Source: an uncultured virus (IMG/VR IMGVR_UViG_3300028887_000113)
Lineage: Duplodnaviria; Heunggongvirae; Uroviricota; Caudoviricetes
Length of the DNA stretch: 20,000 nucleotides
Reading direction: 5' to 3' (one strand)
IMG/VR virus record: IMGVR_UViG_3300028887_000113
Shown here: positions 18,087-20,000 of the stretch, one piece after another
Numbering within the stretch: position 1 is the stretch's first letter
Layout of the letters: every line of letters begins with the position of its first letter
Notes under the pieces: model-generated
The model's input: the letters and a program-made list of their open reading frames with translations, nothing else
The model's database searches: none
What the model was told of the DNA's origin: nothing
Position numbers and translations under genes: made by a program

Positions 18087-19595
18087 TTAACCGGCTTCGA
18101 ACACGGACTGGATCAGTTCCTTGTCCATGAAGTATGCGTCCTTGTTCTTGGCATCGATTGACTTGATGCAGGTTTTTCCGTTAACCTCGGTGTCGTCGCA
18201 CACGCGGAGACGTTCCTTGGACGGCTTCGTCCTCGGCTTGAGGATGTAGAACGGCGGGACGCCGTCGTTGGCCTCGATGTACTTCTGGAGCACCATGTCG
18301 TTGACGTTTCTGTTGGACGACTTGATTTCCTCGAGTGCGTCCTTTCCGAGTCTACCGGCGAGCTTCTTTCTGTCGTCGTCGCTCATGTAGCGAGCGTAGT
18401 TGTGCAGACCGGTCGGGCCGCTCGGCACGAGGATGGTGTAGAACTGCTTGAGGTAGAGTGCAGGGAGTTCGATCTCCTTGCCATATACCTTCTGTGCATC
18501 CTCTCCCTTGTCGTGGTTGAGCCAGAAGTCGGAGAGTAGTCCCTCGAAGACCGGGTCGTAGTCAAAGCGGTCGACTGCCTCGGTTTCTGGTGCTTCTTCT
18601 GGTGCCTCGAAGTCGTGGCTGCTGGGTTCTTCCTTGGCGATTGCGTTAAGCGAGACTACTTTTACTTTATCGGCTTCGGACTTTCCGACAAGTGCTTCGC
18701 TGTCGACCTTTAGCGGTTTGCGCAGCATGGGGATGCCTTCAGCAGAAGCAGCCTTCTTGATGAGCTTGTACATCTCGGAGCGCTTGAGGCCGCCAGTCGT
18801 ATGGGTGAGCGAGAAGCTGAAGATGATATGCTTGATAAGCGCCTTTCCGGCGGGTGAGCCGTTGATTCGGTCCATAAGCGCGACAAGGAGCTTCTTGAGC
18901 TGCTTGGGGTTGGACTGGGGATCGGTCTGGACGATCTGTCGGATGAGCTCGCTGTTGAAGTTGATTGCCGGATAGCCGAAGTCCATTGACATGACTTGGT
19001 CGCCAAGTTCGATAGGAGCTTGGTTATAACCTTCCGGGATTACTATGCTTCCGACTTTCTTTCCATTACGGTCTTTCAGAGTATCACGGAGATCGTCATT
19101 GACCTGGCGAGGAACATCGACACCGCATGCGTTAGCGATTGTCGGGATGATCTTGCTTTGGATGATGGCACGGTCGGTACCCTTCTTGGCACGCTCGTTG
19201 ATATAGTTTGTCCACTTTTCCTTGGACTGGCCAGCGCCGTTGAGAATCTTATTTAGCATGGCGGCGACCTTCTCGCCGTCTTCGGGTGCGTTACGGAAAC
19301 GCTGTCTAATACATGCTGCGATCTCCTTGTATTGGATTGCCAGCGTGTCAAGTTCGGTTTCTTTGGCCTTGTCCTTCTCTTCCGGGGTCTGTACGTCCTT
19401 TTCTTCGTTCTTGGACGTTTGAACTTCTGGTTCGTCATTTTGTTTGACTTCTTCACTACTTGCGGCTACTTCAGCACTGTCACCTTGTTGTGCGTTTTTA
19501 TCTTTTTGGTTAACTTCTTGCTGAACCTTTGGTTGTTTAGCAATTACAGCTTTTTCGTTATTACCTGGTATGATATTCTGATCGTCAATAGGCAT
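18087..19595 (-). CDS. Hypothetical protein (502 aa), probable late gene
   Basis: Long ORF with GAGGTGA RBS, TGATAAACT motif 28 nt upstream and a low-complexity charged N-terminus. Confidence 0.8.
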   Translation of the reverse strand: MPIDDQNIIPGNNEKAVIAKQPKVQQEVNQKDKNAQQGDSAEVAASSEEVKQNDEPEVQTSKNEEKDVQTPEEKDKAKETELDTLAIQYKEIAACIRQRFRNAPEDGEKVAAMLNKILNGAGQSKEKWTNYINERAKKGTDRAIIQSKIIPTIANACGVDVPRQVNDDLRDTLKDRNGKKVGSIVIPEGYNQAPIELGDQVMSMDFGYPAINFNSELIRQIVQTDPQSNPKQLKKLLVALMDRINGSPAGKALIKHIIFSFSLTHTTGGLKRSEMYKLIKKAASAEGIPMLRKPLKVDSEALVGKSEADKVKVVSLNAIAKEEPSSHDFEAPEEAPETEAVDRFDYDPVFEGLLSDFWLNHDKGEDAQKVYGKEIELPALYLKQFYTILVPSGPTGLHNYARYMSDDDRKKLAGRLGKDALEEIKSSNRNVNDMVLQKYIEANDGVPPFYILKPRTKPSKERLRVCDDTEVNGKTCIKSIDAKNKDAYFMDKELIQSVFEAG

Positions 19596-19622
19596 TAGTC
19601 ACCTCTAAATTGCAACGTCTGT

Positions 19623-19631
19623 AGTTTATCA
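19623..19631 (-). promoter_or_regulatory. TGATAAACT motif, candidate phage late promoter
   Basis: 28 nt upstream of ATG 19595, directly after a terminator U-tract. Confidence 0.6.
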
Positions 19632-19662
19632 CAAAAATAAAGTCCGCTATCGCTAGCGGACT
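19632..19662 (-). terminator. Rho-independent terminator
   Basis: Stem AGTCCGCTA (19641-19649) / TAGCGGACT (19654-19662) with a 4-nt loop, followed on the minus strand by TTATTTTTG. Confidence 0.8.
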
Positions 19663-19665
19663 GAA

Positions 19666-19681
19666 TGTTTCACGTGAAACA
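19666..19681. promoter_or_regulatory. parS: parS site (ParB/Spo0J binding palindrome)
   Basis: TGTTTCACGTGAAACA is a perfect match to the bacterial chromosomal parS consensus; the palindrome extends to 20 bp (19664-19683). Confidence 0.8.
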
Positions 19682-19692
19682 TTTTTAGAAAA

Positions 19693-20000
19693 TCGCGCCG
19701 AGAAACATGCCACCCAGCGCCGCTAGGCGCTGGGGAACCCTTTAGGGTGGCATATGATAGGCGCGAAACTTGAAAAATAAATTGTAATTTTCTATATAAA
19801 CTTCTAAAGAATAGAACTTTGAACCATGCTTCAGCGTGCCTACAACGTCAGACTGTATCCTAACAAGCAACAGGAAGTCTTGCTCAGCAAGACTTTCGGC
19901 TGCTGCCGTAAGGTATACAACTGCATGTTGGAAGCCAAGATAAAATCGTACGAGGCGACCGGCACAGCGTGCCGGTCGAACCCCACAGATTTCTATGCCG
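19693..20000 (+). mobile_element. IS200/IS605-family element (tnpB-only, IS1341-like), left part
   Basis: Subterminal hairpins at 19693-19766 (TCGCGCC/GGCGCGA, ATGCCACCC/GGGTGGCAT with CCCTTTAGGG), promoter TTGAAA-N17-TATATA (19770-19798), then tnpB. No tnpA upstream. The exact left boundary is uncertain. Confidence 0.7.
19826..20000 (+). CDS. tnpB: TnpB RNA-guided endonuclease, N-terminal part (truncated by the window edge)
   Basis: MLQRAYNVRLYPNKQQEVLLSKTFGCCRKVYNCMLEAK matches the IS605 OrfB N-terminal HTH signature (AYK.RLYP...Q...l..tfGc.R.vYN). Confidence 0.9.
   Translation, partial: MLQRAYNVRLYPNKQQEVLLSKTFGCCRKVYNCMLEAKIKSYEATGTACRSNPTDFYA

Noticed and set aside
1543..19595. Stop-codon reassignment (seen in some large phages)
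   Set aside because: Genes are full-length and tightly packed in code 11, and TAG, TAA and TGA all end genes at sensible places.
25..19598. Numerous short or antisense ORFs in the track (e.g. 863-1234, 1495-2010, 8791-9399, 10440-11255, 15305-15811)
   Set aside because: They are shadows nested in long genes with recognisable motifs, and they have no recognisable motifs of their own.

Overview
This window looks like part of a large T4-like (probably jumbo) dsDNA phage genome in the standard genetic code. From left to right on the minus strand it carries two large probable late/virion genes: one of at least 501 aa that runs off the left edge and is missed by the ORF track, and one of about 1600 aa with a degenerate M15-peptidase domain. 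Next is a T4-type recombination/replication block: gp46/SbcC-like ATPase, GT-A glycosyltransferase-like/HTH fusion, T4 RNase H-like 5' nuclease, a hypothetical gene, UvsW helicase and another hypothetical gene. A ~500-bp non-coding region (14448-14968) contains two near-identical outward-facing sigma70-like promoters that form an inverted repeat, three ~124-bp-spaced iteron-like repeats and a structured RNA stem. It precedes a plus-strand gene for a winged-helix + family-A-polymerase-palm protein (DxxGR / D / RxxxK / HDS). This is the best candidate for an undescribed system, an origin plus its polymerase-fold initiator. After it come a degenerate DUF1353-like gene, a SWIM-type Zn-finger gene and a 502-aa probable late gene. 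The window ends with a terminator, a perfect chromosomal-type parS palindrome and the left end of a tnpB-only IS200/IS605 element. A motif TGATAAACT sits 24-28 nt before three probable late genes and, in one case, inside an RBS-sequestering hairpin, so it is a candidate late promoter. All family assignments are motif recognition by eye, not database searches.
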